Shown here: positions 1-7,812 of the stretch, in pieces
How positions within the stretch are numbered: position 1 is the stretch's first letter
Layout: every line of letters begins with the position of its first letter
From: an uncultured Anaerolineae bacterium
GTDB taxonomy: Bacteria; Chloroflexota; Anaerolineae; CAYYKQ01
DNA length: 60,987 nt
Direction of reading: 5' to 3'
Assembly (NCBI GenBank): GCA_964440965.1
Contig: CAYYKQ010000001.1
Location: 1-60,987, forward strand
The notes under the pieces: model-generated
What the model was told of the DNA's origin: nothing
The model's input: only the letters and a program-made list of their open reading frames with translations
Databases searched by the model: none
Translations under genes and position numbers: made by a program

Positions 1-44
1 AGGATCTGCTTCAAAAGCACGATTATTTTCATAGCGAGCTCCTT

Positions 45-86
45 TCTGGAAGCTGGTTGCTAGTTGCTGGAAGCTGGTTGCTGGAC
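45..86. repeat. Left arm of the inverted repeat bracketing the four-helix-bundle gene; two 21-nt tandem units
   Basis: ctggaagctggttgctagttg / ctggaagctggttgctggact. The word gctggttgct is the reverse complement of agcaaccagc in the right arm at 488-529. Confidence 0.7.
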
Positions 87-470
87 TTATCTGTAAGGTT
101 CCTCGTGGCTTTCGATGATCGTTTGAAGAAATCTATTAAGCTTCTTGCCAAGGATGGTATATTTCGCCGTCAAATGGTCATACGGGGCTTTTGGCAGAGA
201 GCCGGTGTGGTTGAGGATATCAAGGTGGACCCGAGTCTCGTCGCATGAAGCCAAGGCGTAGACAACGAAGCGGATATACTCGTTTTTATACCGGCGTCGG
301 CCAAACCCTTCAGCGATGTTAGCCGGGATGGATTTGGCCGCCCGCCGCAGTTGGCTACCCTCTTCGTACAGCTCATATTTAGGAAGCTTAAGGGAGACTT
401 GGTGGACTTCGATGGCTAAATCGAAAGCCAACTGATACACCTCCAGGTCATGGTAACTCCGGATTGCCAT
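87..470 (-). CDS. Four-helix-bundle protein (23S rRNA intervening-sequence protein / Avd-like family)
   Basis: MAIRSYHDLEVYQLAFDLAIEVH...IPANIAEGFGRRRYKNEYIRFVVYALASCDETRVHL is typical of this family. I start at the internal ATG at 470, preceded by the SD ggagggg. The 19 extra N-terminal codons of the tracked ORF only translate the flanking repeat. Confidence 0.8.
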   Translation of the reverse strand: MAIRSYHDLEVYQLAFDLAIEVHQVSLKLPKYELYEEGSQLRRAAKSIPANIAEGFGRRRYKNEYIRFVVYALASCDETRVHLDILNHTGSLPKAPYDHLTAKYTILGKKLNRFLQTIIESHEEPYR

Positions 471-487
471 GCCCCCTCCTCTCCAGT

Positions 488-529
488 AACCAGCAACAAG
501 CAACCAGCAACAAGCAACCAATGACAAGC
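488..529. repeat. Right arm of the inverted repeat; three tandem 14-nt units
   Basis: aaccagcaacaagc x2 followed by aaccaatgacaagc. Complementary to the words in 45-86. Confidence 0.7.
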
Positions 530-1695
530 TATGCCCTTATCCTCACCCCCAGGGGCCGGAAGATGCGGCTGGCTATGACGATGCGCTGGATCTCGTTGGT
601 GCCCTCGAATATCTCGGTGATGCGTTGGTCGCGGAAGGCTCGTTCGATCCAGAAATCGCGACTGCAGCCCATCCCTCCATGGATCTGGAGGGCTTTATCG
701 ACGCAGCGATGGAGCACCTCGGAGCCGTAGACCTTGCACATGGCAGCCTCTTTGGTGAAAGGCTGGCCAGTGTCCACCATCCAGGCAGTGCGATAGACCA
801 GCGAACGCAGGGCCTCGATCTCGGTGGCCATGTCAGCAATCATCCACTGGATGGATTGCTTGTGGGCGATGGGGACCCCGAATTGCTCTCGCGCCTTGGC
901 CCACTTGATGCTGGCCTCTAAAACCGCCTCCGCTCCACCTAAGCAGGCGGCTCCCAAGCTGAGGCGCCCCACATCCAGGGTCTTCATGAAGGTGATGAAG
1001 CCGGCCCCGAACTCCCCTAACACATTCTCCTTGGGCACACGGCAGTCTTCAAAGATTATCTCTGAGGTCTGAGTGCCACGGAGGCCCATCTTCCTTTCTG
1101 TCCTCCCCACCCGGATGCCCGGAAAGTCCTTCTCCACGATGAAGGCCGTTATCCCACCCCGAACTCCCAACGAGGGGTCGGTGACCGCCATGACGCTGAG
1201 GATGTCAGCGTGGCCGCCGTTGGTATTAAAGGTTTTGGTGCCGTTGAGGATAAAGTAATCGCCGTCGCGCACAGCCCTGGTCTTGATGGCTGCTGCATCG
1301 GAGCCGGCATCGGCCTCCGTAAGGACGAAGGCCCCGATCTTCTCCCCTCGGGCCAATGGCACAAGATACTTTTGCTTCTGCTCCTCTGTGCCGTCGAGGT
1401 AGATGGCCATGGCCCCGATGCCGGTATGGGCACCGATGACGGTAGCTGTCGAAGGGCAAACCTTGTTCAACTCCTCCATAAGGATGCAGTAGCCGATCTC
1501 TCCCAGCCCGCAGCCGCCGTACTTCTGGGGGAAGGGGACGCCCAACAGGCCGAGTTTGGCCGCCTTCTTAAGCGTCTCGAAGGGCACCCTCTCCTGTTCA
1601 TCTATCTCTTTGGCCAGAGGGCGCACTTCGTTCTCAGCGAATTCGCGCACCATCCTACGGAACAGCTGGTATTCTTTGGGAAAAGAAAAGTCCAT
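529..1695 (-). CDS. Acyl-CoA dehydrogenase
   Basis: 388 aa with the full ACAD architecture: LTEADAGSDAAA, TFNTNGG and QIHGGMGCSRDFWIERAFRDQRITEIFEGTNEIQR at the C-terminus. Confidence 0.92.
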   Translation of the reverse strand: MDFSFPKEYQLFRRMVREFAENEVRPLAKEIDEQERVPFETLKKAAKLGLLGVPFPQKYGGCGLGEIGYCILMEELNKVCPSTATVIGAHTGIGAMAIYLDGTEEQKQKYLVPLARGEKIGAFVLTEADAGSDAAAIKTRAVRDGDYFILNGTKTFNTNGGHADILSVMAVTDPSLGVRGGITAFIVEKDFPGIRVGRTERKMGLRGTQTSEIIFEDCRVPKENVLGEFGAGFITFMKTLDVGRLSLGAACLGGAEAVLEASIKWAKAREQFGVPIAHKQSIQWMIADMATEIEALRSLVYRTAWMVDTGQPFTKEAAMCKVYGSEVLHRCVDKALQIHGGMGCSRDFWIERAFRDQRITEIFEGTNEIQRIVIASRIFRPLGVRIRA

Positions 1696-1707
1696 GGCAC
1701 CCTCCTT

Positions 1708-1785
1708 GGCGTCTTAGCGCCATAGCGTCGTAGCGTCTCAGCGTCCTTCCGCTAAGACGCTCTGCCGCTGCGACGCTGGGACGCT
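1708..1785. repeat. Intercistronic word-repeat hairpin (AGCGTC x4 then GACGCT x3)
   Basis: gcgtcttagc pairs with gctaagacgc. agcgtc words at 1724, 1732 and 1740 face gacgct words at 1772 and 1780. The element lies between the stop of one ACAD gene and the SD of the next. Confidence 0.7.
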
Positions 1786-1788
1786 AAT

Positions 1789-2952
1789 CTATGGCTTGAT
1801 TTTAATCCCCTTCTCCCTCAAGATGTGGGAGGCGATGATGAAGCGCTGTATCTCGCTCGTCCCTCCCATGATTTGGAGGGCGCGGAAGTCGCGATACATG
1901 CGCTCAATGGGGTAATCCTTCATGTAGCCGTAACCGCCGTGCACCTGGATCATCCGATTGGCCGCTCGCATGGCTATCTGGGACCCGAGGAGTTTAGCGA
2001 TGGCCGCTTCCTGAGTGTAGGGCTCCCCCCGATCGGCCAGCCAGGCGGTGCGATAGACGAGGTAGCGCAGCGCTTCGATCTCCGCGGTGGTGTCGGCGAT
2101 GAAATTCTGAATAGCCTGCTTGAAGGCGATGGGGCCGCCGAATTGCTCGCGTTCGGCGGAGAAGCGCACCCCCTCCCTCAGCGCCGCCTGAGCCCCGCCC
2201 AGACAGATGGCGGACAGGCTCAGGCGAGCGAAGTTCAAAGCCTTCAGGGCGATCCTGAACCCCTTCCCCTCCTGGCCCAATAGGTTGGTCGCCGGCACCC
2301 GACAATCGTCGAAGTAAAGGGCGTTGCAGGTAAGCCCCCTTATGCCTAATGTCCTCTCTCGATATCCCACTTTAAAGCCAGGCATCCCCTTTTCCACAAT
2401 GAAGGCGCTGATGCCCTTAGCTCCCGCCTCGGGTTCGGTCTTGGCGAAGACGAGAAAGACGTCGGCGATGCCTCCATTGGCAACCCAGATTTTGCTGCCA
2501 TTGAGCACGAATTCCTCACCCCTCCTGGCCGCCATGGTCTCCAGCGCTGCCGCATCGGAGCCGGCCGCAGGTTCGGTAAGGGCGAAGGCGCCGATCTTCT
2601 CACCCCTAGCCATCGGCCTCAGGTATTTTCCCTTCTGCTCCTCGCTGCCATTGTCCAGGATGGTCTTCGCTGCCAAGCTATTGTGCAGGCCGATGGTTAT
2701 GGCCGTAGAGGTGCAAGCCTTGGCCAGCTCCTCCAGCAGGATGCAATAGCTGATCGTATCCAGCCCCGCTCCGTCGTACTCCTCCGGGATGATGGCACCC
2801 AGGAAGCCCTGTTGGGCTGCCTTCTTGAGGAGCTCCAGCGGAGGCTTCTCCTCGCGGTCTATCTCCTCAGCCAAGGGGGCGACCTCGTTCTCGCAGAACT
2901 CACGGATCATCCTCTGGAATATCCGTTGCTCCTCGGTTAATGAAAAGTCCAC
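1789..2952 (-). CDS. Acyl-CoA dehydrogenase (paralogue)
   Basis: 387 aa: LTEPAAGSDAAA, WVANGG, QVHGGYGYMKDYPIERMYRDFRALQIMGGTSEIQR. Confidence 0.92.
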   Translation of the reverse strand: MDFSLTEEQRIFQRMIREFCENEVAPLAEEIDREEKPPLELLKKAAQQGFLGAIIPEEYDGAGLDTISYCILLEELAKACTSTAITIGLHNSLAAKTILDNGSEEQKGKYLRPMARGEKIGAFALTEPAAGSDAAALETMAARRGEEFVLNGSKIWVANGGIADVFLVFAKTEPEAGAKGISAFIVEKGMPGFKVGYRERTLGIRGLTCNALYFDDCRVPATNLLGQEGKGFRIALKALNFARLSLSAICLGGAQAALREGVRFSAEREQFGGPIAFKQAIQNFIADTTAEIEALRYLVYRTAWLADRGEPYTQEAAIAKLLGSQIAMRAANRMIQVHGGYGYMKDYPIERMYRDFRALQIMGGTSEIQRFIIASHILREKGIKIKP

Positions 2953-2972
2953 GGCTTCCCCCCTTATAGGAG

Positions 2973-3037
2973 GGTAGATTGGTAAACCGGTAGCTGGTAG
3001 ATTGGCCTCAATCCGCCAGCTCCCAGCTTACCAATCT
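2973..3037. repeat. Intercistronic word-repeat hairpin (ggtagattgg / ccaatct words)
   Basis: ggtagattgg occurs twice and ggtagctgg once on the left. ccagc x2 and taccaatct on the right are their complements. Confidence 0.65.
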
Positions 3038-3050
3038 CCCATTTCACCAT

Positions 3051-3839
3051 TTACCGATCCTTAAACACCGGCTTGCGCTTCTCCAAGAAGGCCTTGAGCC
3101 CCTCTTCCATGTCTTCGCTGCCCTGTAAGGAGAGGAATTGCTCGGTTTCAACCTTCAGCCCACCCTGAAGGTCCTTCTCCAGGCCCTCGTTCACGGCGTT
3201 GATGATGGCTGCAGTGGGCAAGGCGCTCTTGGAGATGATGCGCTTGGCCAAGCCCTTCGCCTCCCTGATCACCCGGCCGGTGGGCACCACTTTGTTCACC
3301 AAGCCGATGCGGTAGGCCTCTTGGGCGGTGATGTGGTCACCGGTGAGGAGCATCTCCAGGGCCTTGCCCTTCCCCACCAGGCGCGGCAGGCGTTGGGTGC
3401 CACCCCAGCCGGGCATGATCCCCAGGTTGATCTCCGGCTGGCCGAGTCGTACTCCGTCCTCGGCGATGCGGATGTGGCAGGCCATGGCCAACTCGGTTCC
3501 TCCTCCCAGGCAGAATCGGCCGTTGATGGCGGCGATGACCGGCTTCCTCGAGGCCTCAATCTTGTTGAAGAGCTCCTTCCCTCGCTCGATAAAGGCCCTG
3601 GCCTCTTCAGGCTTATCCTTGACGGCGTAGATCTCGTTAATATCCGCCCCGGCGATGAAGAATTGGCCTGCTCCGGTGATGATGATGGCCTTCACCTCGT
3701 CGTTGGCCGTCACCTCGTCGAAGGCGGAGTCGAGCTCCTCGACCACCTGCCGGTTGAAGGCGTTGGCCGGCGGATGGTCAATGGTCAAAGTCGCTATCCG
3801 ATCTTCGACTGAGACCTTAACGTATTGATACTCTGCCAT
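3051..3839 (-). CDS. Enoyl-CoA hydratase (crotonase family)
   Basis: 262 aa: ITGAGQFFIAGADINE, AAINGRFCLGGGTELAMACHIRIA, and a C-terminal EGLKAFLEKRKPVFK. Confidence 0.9.
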   Translation of the reverse strand: MAEYQYVKVSVEDRIATLTIDHPPANAFNRQVVEELDSAFDEVTANDEVKAIIITGAGQFFIAGADINEIYAVKDKPEEARAFIERGKELFNKIEASRKPVIAAINGRFCLGGGTELAMACHIRIAEDGVRLGQPEINLGIMPGWGGTQRLPRLVGKGKALEMLLTGDHITAQEAYRIGLVNKVVPTGRVIREAKGLAKRIISKSALPTAAIINAVNEGLEKDLQGGLKVETEQFLSLQGSEDMEEGLKAFLEKRKPVFKDR

Positions 3840-3863
3840 TTTTGTGACTCCTTTCCACCAAAT

Positions 3864-3923
3864 GCTAAAAGCTGAATGCTGAAAGCTATCCTCCGGCCTC
3901 CAGTTTTTAGCTTTCAGCTTTTA
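3864..3923. repeat. Intercistronic word-repeat hairpin (gctaaaagctgaa / ttcagcttttag words)
   Basis: gctaaaagctgaatgctgaaagcta faces tagctttcagcttttag. Two alternative pairing registers are possible. Confidence 0.65.
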
Positions 3924-5162
3924 GGTTGTCCACTCCATGAACCCGCGCCCCGTCTTCTTGCCCAGCTCGCCGGCTTTCACTTTCCTATAGAGGAGGTCCA
4001 CAGGGTGGAAGCGAGGCCCATACTTCTTCTCCAGCTCCTCCAGTTTTTTGACCACGACGTCCAGGCCCACCTCGTCGGCGTACTCTAAGATACCCATGCG
4101 CTTCAAAGTGCCATCCGGCTGGCGCACCTGCATGCCCAGGCCGGCGATGCAGGCCATGTCTATGTCGTTGATGTTAGCGATTTCTTCCTCCACGCAGCGG
4201 GCGGCCTCGTTGATGAAGGGCATCATCAGCCGGTCCACGCTGAACTCGGTGCCAGTGGGCACCTGGCCCGACTCCTGCAGCTCCCTGATCATCTCCTTGA
4301 CCGGCTCGTCGGTCTCCTCGCCATAGCCGTAGAAGCCGGCGCTGGTCTTCTCGCCATAGCGACCGGCCTGGTAGAGTTTTTCGAAGAGGATGGCCGGGGT
4401 CATGCGGTCGCCATACTTGGAGTAGAGGTACTGGCCCACGTCGTAGCAGATGTCAATGCCCAGCATGTCCATCAGGGTGAAGGGGCCCATGGGCCAGCCG
4501 AACTTGGTCATGGCCTCGTCGATCTCGGAGGCCGTGGCCGCTCCCTCCTGCAGGCACATCACCGCCTCGTTGAGGTAGGGCATGAGCAAACGGTTGACCA
4601 GGAAGCCGGGGCACTCCTTGACCACCACCGGGATCTTGCGCAGTTCCTCAGCGAAGCGCACCACGTCGTCAACGGTCTCCTGAGAGGTCTTCTCGCTGGG
4701 GATGACCTCTACCAGCTTCATCACGTGGGCCGGGTTGAAGAAGTGCATGCCGATCACCTTGTGGGGGCGCTTGGTGGCCGAGGCCATCTCGGTGATGGAC
4801 AGCGCCGAGGTGTTGGAGGCGAAGATGGCATCCTCGTGGCAGGCCTCGTCCAGTTCAGCGAAGACCTTCTTCTTGATCTCGATGTTCTCCGGCACAGCCT
4901 CGATGACTATGTCCACGTCGGCGAAATCGTCGTAGGAGAGGGTAGGGGTGATCAGGTCCATCTTCTCCTGCATAGTGCCGGGGCTCATCTTTCCCTTATC
5001 CACTCGGCGCTGGTAGATGGCACGGATCCGTTCCATAGCCCTGTCGAGGATCTTCTGATCGATGTCTTTGATCACCACCGGCAGGCCAGCATAGGAGATG
5101 ACTTGAGCTATCTCGGCGCCCATGGTTCCCGCCCCCACAACTCCTGCTTTAAAAATGTACAT
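3921..5162 (-). CDS. 3-hydroxyacyl-CoA dehydrogenase (long form with an extra C-terminal domain)
   Basis: 413 aa. N-terminal Rossmann motif VVGAGTMGAEIA, then SNTSALSI, HFFNPAHVMKLVE and GFLVNRLL. Confidence 0.9.
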   Translation of the reverse strand: MYIFKAGVVGAGTMGAEIAQVISYAGLPVVIKDIDQKILDRAMERIRAIYQRRVDKGKMSPGTMQEKMDLITPTLSYDDFADVDIVIEAVPENIEIKKKVFAELDEACHEDAIFASNTSALSITEMASATKRPHKVIGMHFFNPAHVMKLVEVIPSEKTSQETVDDVVRFAEELRKIPVVVKECPGFLVNRLLMPYLNEAVMCLQEGAATASEIDEAMTKFGWPMGPFTLMDMLGIDICYDVGQYLYSKYGDRMTPAILFEKLYQAGRYGEKTSAGFYGYGEETDEPVKEMIRELQESGQVPTGTEFSVDRLMMPFINEAARCVEEEIANINDIDMACIAGLGMQVRQPDGTLKRMGILEYADEVGLDVVVKKLEELEKKYGPRFHPVDLLYRKVKAGELGKKTGRGFMEWTT

Positions 5163-5420
5163 GCTTCACCTCCTTTAACTTATCGCTGATAGCATATTGT
5201 TTATCGTTTCCACCGTGGTCGAAGTTGCCGCCACCCTTCGCGCACCGATGACGTTCTTTGCAAAGTTGCTTTCACTAGCCCTATCCTTTCGGTTGCAAAG
5301 GAGACAACAATTTGGGCGAAACCAGCCACGCCGTGTTAGGCGCAATTCGCCGTTGTTTGTAGGTTAGAGCACCGGGGCGAACCGGAGCCCACCCCGGTGC
5401 CTGATTGATCACGCTGACCT

Positions 5421-6632
5421 TCAGTAGTTCTTCAGCACCGTCGGCAGGAAGACTTGATGTAGCTGCATCCACACCTCCCCACCGGTGGCCCAGTTACAGG
5501 TGCCGATGTAGAGACTGTCGTTGAACACCGCTACCGCGTTGTCCCAGTTAGGCAAATAATTGTTGCTGTCGCCCAGGCCATCCGGCGCCACCTGTGCCCA
5601 GTTTGTGCCGTCTGTGGTGCGCCAGACTTCCATCCCCGTAGTGCGGTTGTAGGTGAGGGCGTACAGCGCGTTGTCAAAGACCACCAGCGAGCGGATAGCC
5701 CGGTTCTCGGTATCCCCGAAGCCTTTGGCGATGGGAACCTGCTGCCAGTCAGTGCCGTCACACTGTTGGCAGCGCCAGAGTTCGTGCCCTGGATTGTCGC
5801 TGTCTCTGTAGTTGTAGGTGCCAGCGTACAGGTAGCCGTTGAAGGGTTCCAGAGTGATGCTCCAGTTGTAGGGGTCGCCGAAGCCGCCTGCCACGACTCG
5901 CGTCCACGAGCCGCTGTCGCCGGTGCTGGAACGCCACACCTCAGCGCCTGACCAGTTATCGGTGCCAGCGTACAGGTGGCCATTGAACTCGACCAGCGAT
6001 ACGATCCTATTATTATCCACATCGCCAAATCCACCTGTCACCACCGGAGCCCACGAGCCGCTATCACCGCTACTGCTACGCCACAGTTCACAACCGTTCG
6101 TCCAGTTACAGGTAGTCGCGTAGAGTTGGTTGTTGAACACGGCAAAGTGGAGCACCGTACTATTGTTGGTGTTGGTGAAACCCCCGCTGGCCACCATCTG
6201 CCAATCGCCTGGATTGCCGGTAGCGCTTCGCCACACCTCGCCACCGGTTGTGTCGTTACTGACGCCGGCGTAGAGGTAACCGTTGAACTCAATCAGGTCG
6301 TCAATGCCCACATTGTTGCTGATGCCAAAGCCATTGGTGAATACTGCCGTCCACAGGCTGCCCATGCGCCACAGTTGAGCGCCGGTGTCGGAGTTGAAGG
6401 TGCCGGCGTAGAGTTGGCCATTGAATTCCTCCAGGGCCCCTACGCACCAGTTGTTGGCATCGCCGAAGCCGTCGATATTCACCTGCCGCCACCCCTGCAC
6501 TGGCGAGGCAGGCGGGCTGCCGCGACTGGGATGTGCTCCTGGCTCCGGCCCTTGGGCGGCCAGGGCCAGAGCAAGAGGCAAGGCCAGACCCACGACAATA
6601 ATAACCAATACTGTGAATAATCGCGCTTTCAT
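5421..6632 (-). CDS. Secreted beta-propeller repeat protein (Kelch-like FNGxLYAGT...EVWR repeats)
   Basis: Signal-like N-terminus MKARLFTVLVIIVVGLALPLALALAA. About 7-8 repeats of F(N)GxLYAG(T)xN...G(x)E(V/L)WR. The protein ends in VFLPTVLKNY. Confidence 0.6.
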   Translation of the reverse strand: MKARLFTVLVIIVVGLALPLALALAAQGPEPGAHPSRGSPPASPVQGWRQVNIDGFGDANNWCVGALEEFNGQLYAGTFNSDTGAQLWRMGSLWTAVFTNGFGISNNVGIDDLIEFNGYLYAGVSNDTTGGEVWRSATGNPGDWQMVASGGFTNTNNSTVLHFAVFNNQLYATTCNWTNGCELWRSSSGDSGSWAPVVTGGFGDVDNNRIVSLVEFNGHLYAGTDNWSGAEVWRSSTGDSGSWTRVVAGGFGDPYNWSITLEPFNGYLYAGTYNYRDSDNPGHELWRCQQCDGTDWQQVPIAKGFGDTENRAIRSLVVFDNALYALTYNRTTGMEVWRTTDGTNWAQVAPDGLGDSNNYLPNWDNAVAVFNDSLYIGTCNWATGGEVWMQLHQVFLPTVLKNY

Positions 6633-6696
6633 TGTTCAACTCCTTTCCGCTGTGTTTGTATGCGAATTACGCCTAGCAGCCGGCATATGCAAACTA

Positions 6697-6746
6697 CCAC
6701 GTCTTCAAAGGCATAACTGCCCGAGAGCCGATGCGGATGAAGCAGA
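6697..6746 (-). repeat. Orphan copy of the last 16 codons plus stop of the 7443-7724 gene (direct repeat, left copy)
   Basis: 47 of 50 nt are identical to 7446-7495 by hand alignment. It encodes the same ...RIGSRAVMPLKTW-stop peptide. Confidence 0.8.
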
Positions 6747-6766
6747 ACCACTTGTCAGAGCGCCTA

Positions 6767-7132
6767 TCAAAGGCTGCTCTGCCAACCTTCCACGATGCGA
6801 ACAGTTGATTCTGTTACAACGGTGAAGCGGTCAACAAGCCGATCAGCATACGACGCAAGCAGACGTTCTATCGCCGCAATCTTATTAGCCGCTCGCTCGT
6901 CTTCCAGACGCAGGAGAATCACACCCTTGTGCGGTTTCTTCAACCGAAAAATGAGTTCACCAAAATCCTTGTCATTCGTGACTAAGACGCGATTCTCAGC
7001 GTAGGCCTTTTGGAGAACCCAATCGTCAGTCGCCCCCCGAGCTTCCTCATACACTGAGAATACATCGTGGTGCCGTTGACGTAACCATCGGGCCACTGCC
7101 GGACCAGTGCATTCGTCCACCAGGAACCGCAT
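6767..7132 (-). CDS. DUF5615-family PIN-like (Mut7-C-like) putative toxin
   Basis: MRFLVDECTGPAVARWL...NRVLVTNDKDFGELIF. The start abuts the stop of the upstream DUF433 gene. Confidence 0.7.
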   Translation of the reverse strand: MRFLVDECTGPAVARWLRQRHHDVFSVYEEARGATDDWVLQKAYAENRVLVTNDKDFGELIFRLKKPHKGVILLRLEDERAANKIAAIERLLASYADRLVDRFTVVTESTVRIVEGWQSSL

Positions 7133-7381
7133 CTAAGCGGCCTCCATCTGCAGAGGCATAAAGGTAGTGCTTTCCAGCGATTCGGCGGCAAATGCCAGGC
7201 AGGCCAGAATATCCTCCTTGGTCAATCCCTCGTATTCCTCAAGGATCTCTTCTATGGTCGCACCCTGTGCTAAAAGCCCCAGAATATACTGGACGGTGAG
7301 CCGTGTCCCTTTGATAACCGGCTTGCCGGCCATAACTTTGGGATTCAACGTGATGCGCTCGAGCAAATCGCTCCTTTTCAT
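7133..7381 (-). CDS. DUF433-family putative antitoxin
   Basis: AGKPVIKGTRLTVQYILGLLAQGATIEEILEEY is the characteristic DUF433 core. Confidence 0.75.
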   Translation of the reverse strand: MKRSDLLERITLNPKVMAGKPVIKGTRLTVQYILGLLAQGATIEEILEEYEGLTKEDILACLAFAAESLESTTFMPLQMEAA

Positions 7382-7442
7382 CTCCTTACCTCCCCCTTCA
7401 AGCCCCCCACAGGTTCCGCAACCTGCGGGAGACTAATGCCGA

Positions 7443-7724
7443 TCACCACGTCTTCAAGGGCATAACCGCCCGAGAGCCGATGCGGACGAAGCAGAGGAGC
7501 TTATTGGGATACTTGGCGAAGGCCTTCTCGTCGGCCTCGCCCAGGGTCCTGCCCAGGAAGTAGTCGCCGCTCTCCGGGTCAATGGCCACGATCTCGCCCT
7601 CGTGCTCAGGCTCAAGCTCGTCACGGATGCGCAGGTAAATCTCCTTGCTCCTGGCAAGGAAATCGTCCATGTCAACGCCGAAATCGCGCTCGTTGAAATT
7701 CTCCCAGTGGAGTTCGTCGGTCAT
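7443..7724 (-). CDS. Hypothetical small acidic protein
   Basis: 93-aa ORF co-oriented with the operon. No family recognised. Its 3' end is duplicated at 6697-6746. Confidence 0.45.
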   Translation of the reverse strand: MTDELHWENFNERDFGVDMDDFLARSKEIYLRIRDELEPEHEGEIVAIDPESGDYFLGRTLGEADEKAFAKYPNKLLCFVRIGSRAVMPLKTW

Positions 7725-7761
7725 GCTCGGAACCTCCTTCAGTTTCGTAGATTCATAGGTC

Positions 7762-7812
7762 CGTAAATTCAGAGATTCGGAACGAATTTACGAATATACG
7801 AATTCCGAATCT
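7762..7812. repeat. Intercistronic word-repeat structure (cgaat words; interleaved complementary pairs)
   Basis: cgtaaattc (7762) pairs with gaatttacg (7784). agattcggaa (7773) pairs with ttccgaatct (7803). The two pairings interleave, giving a pseudoknot or alternative structures. Confidence 0.6.
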
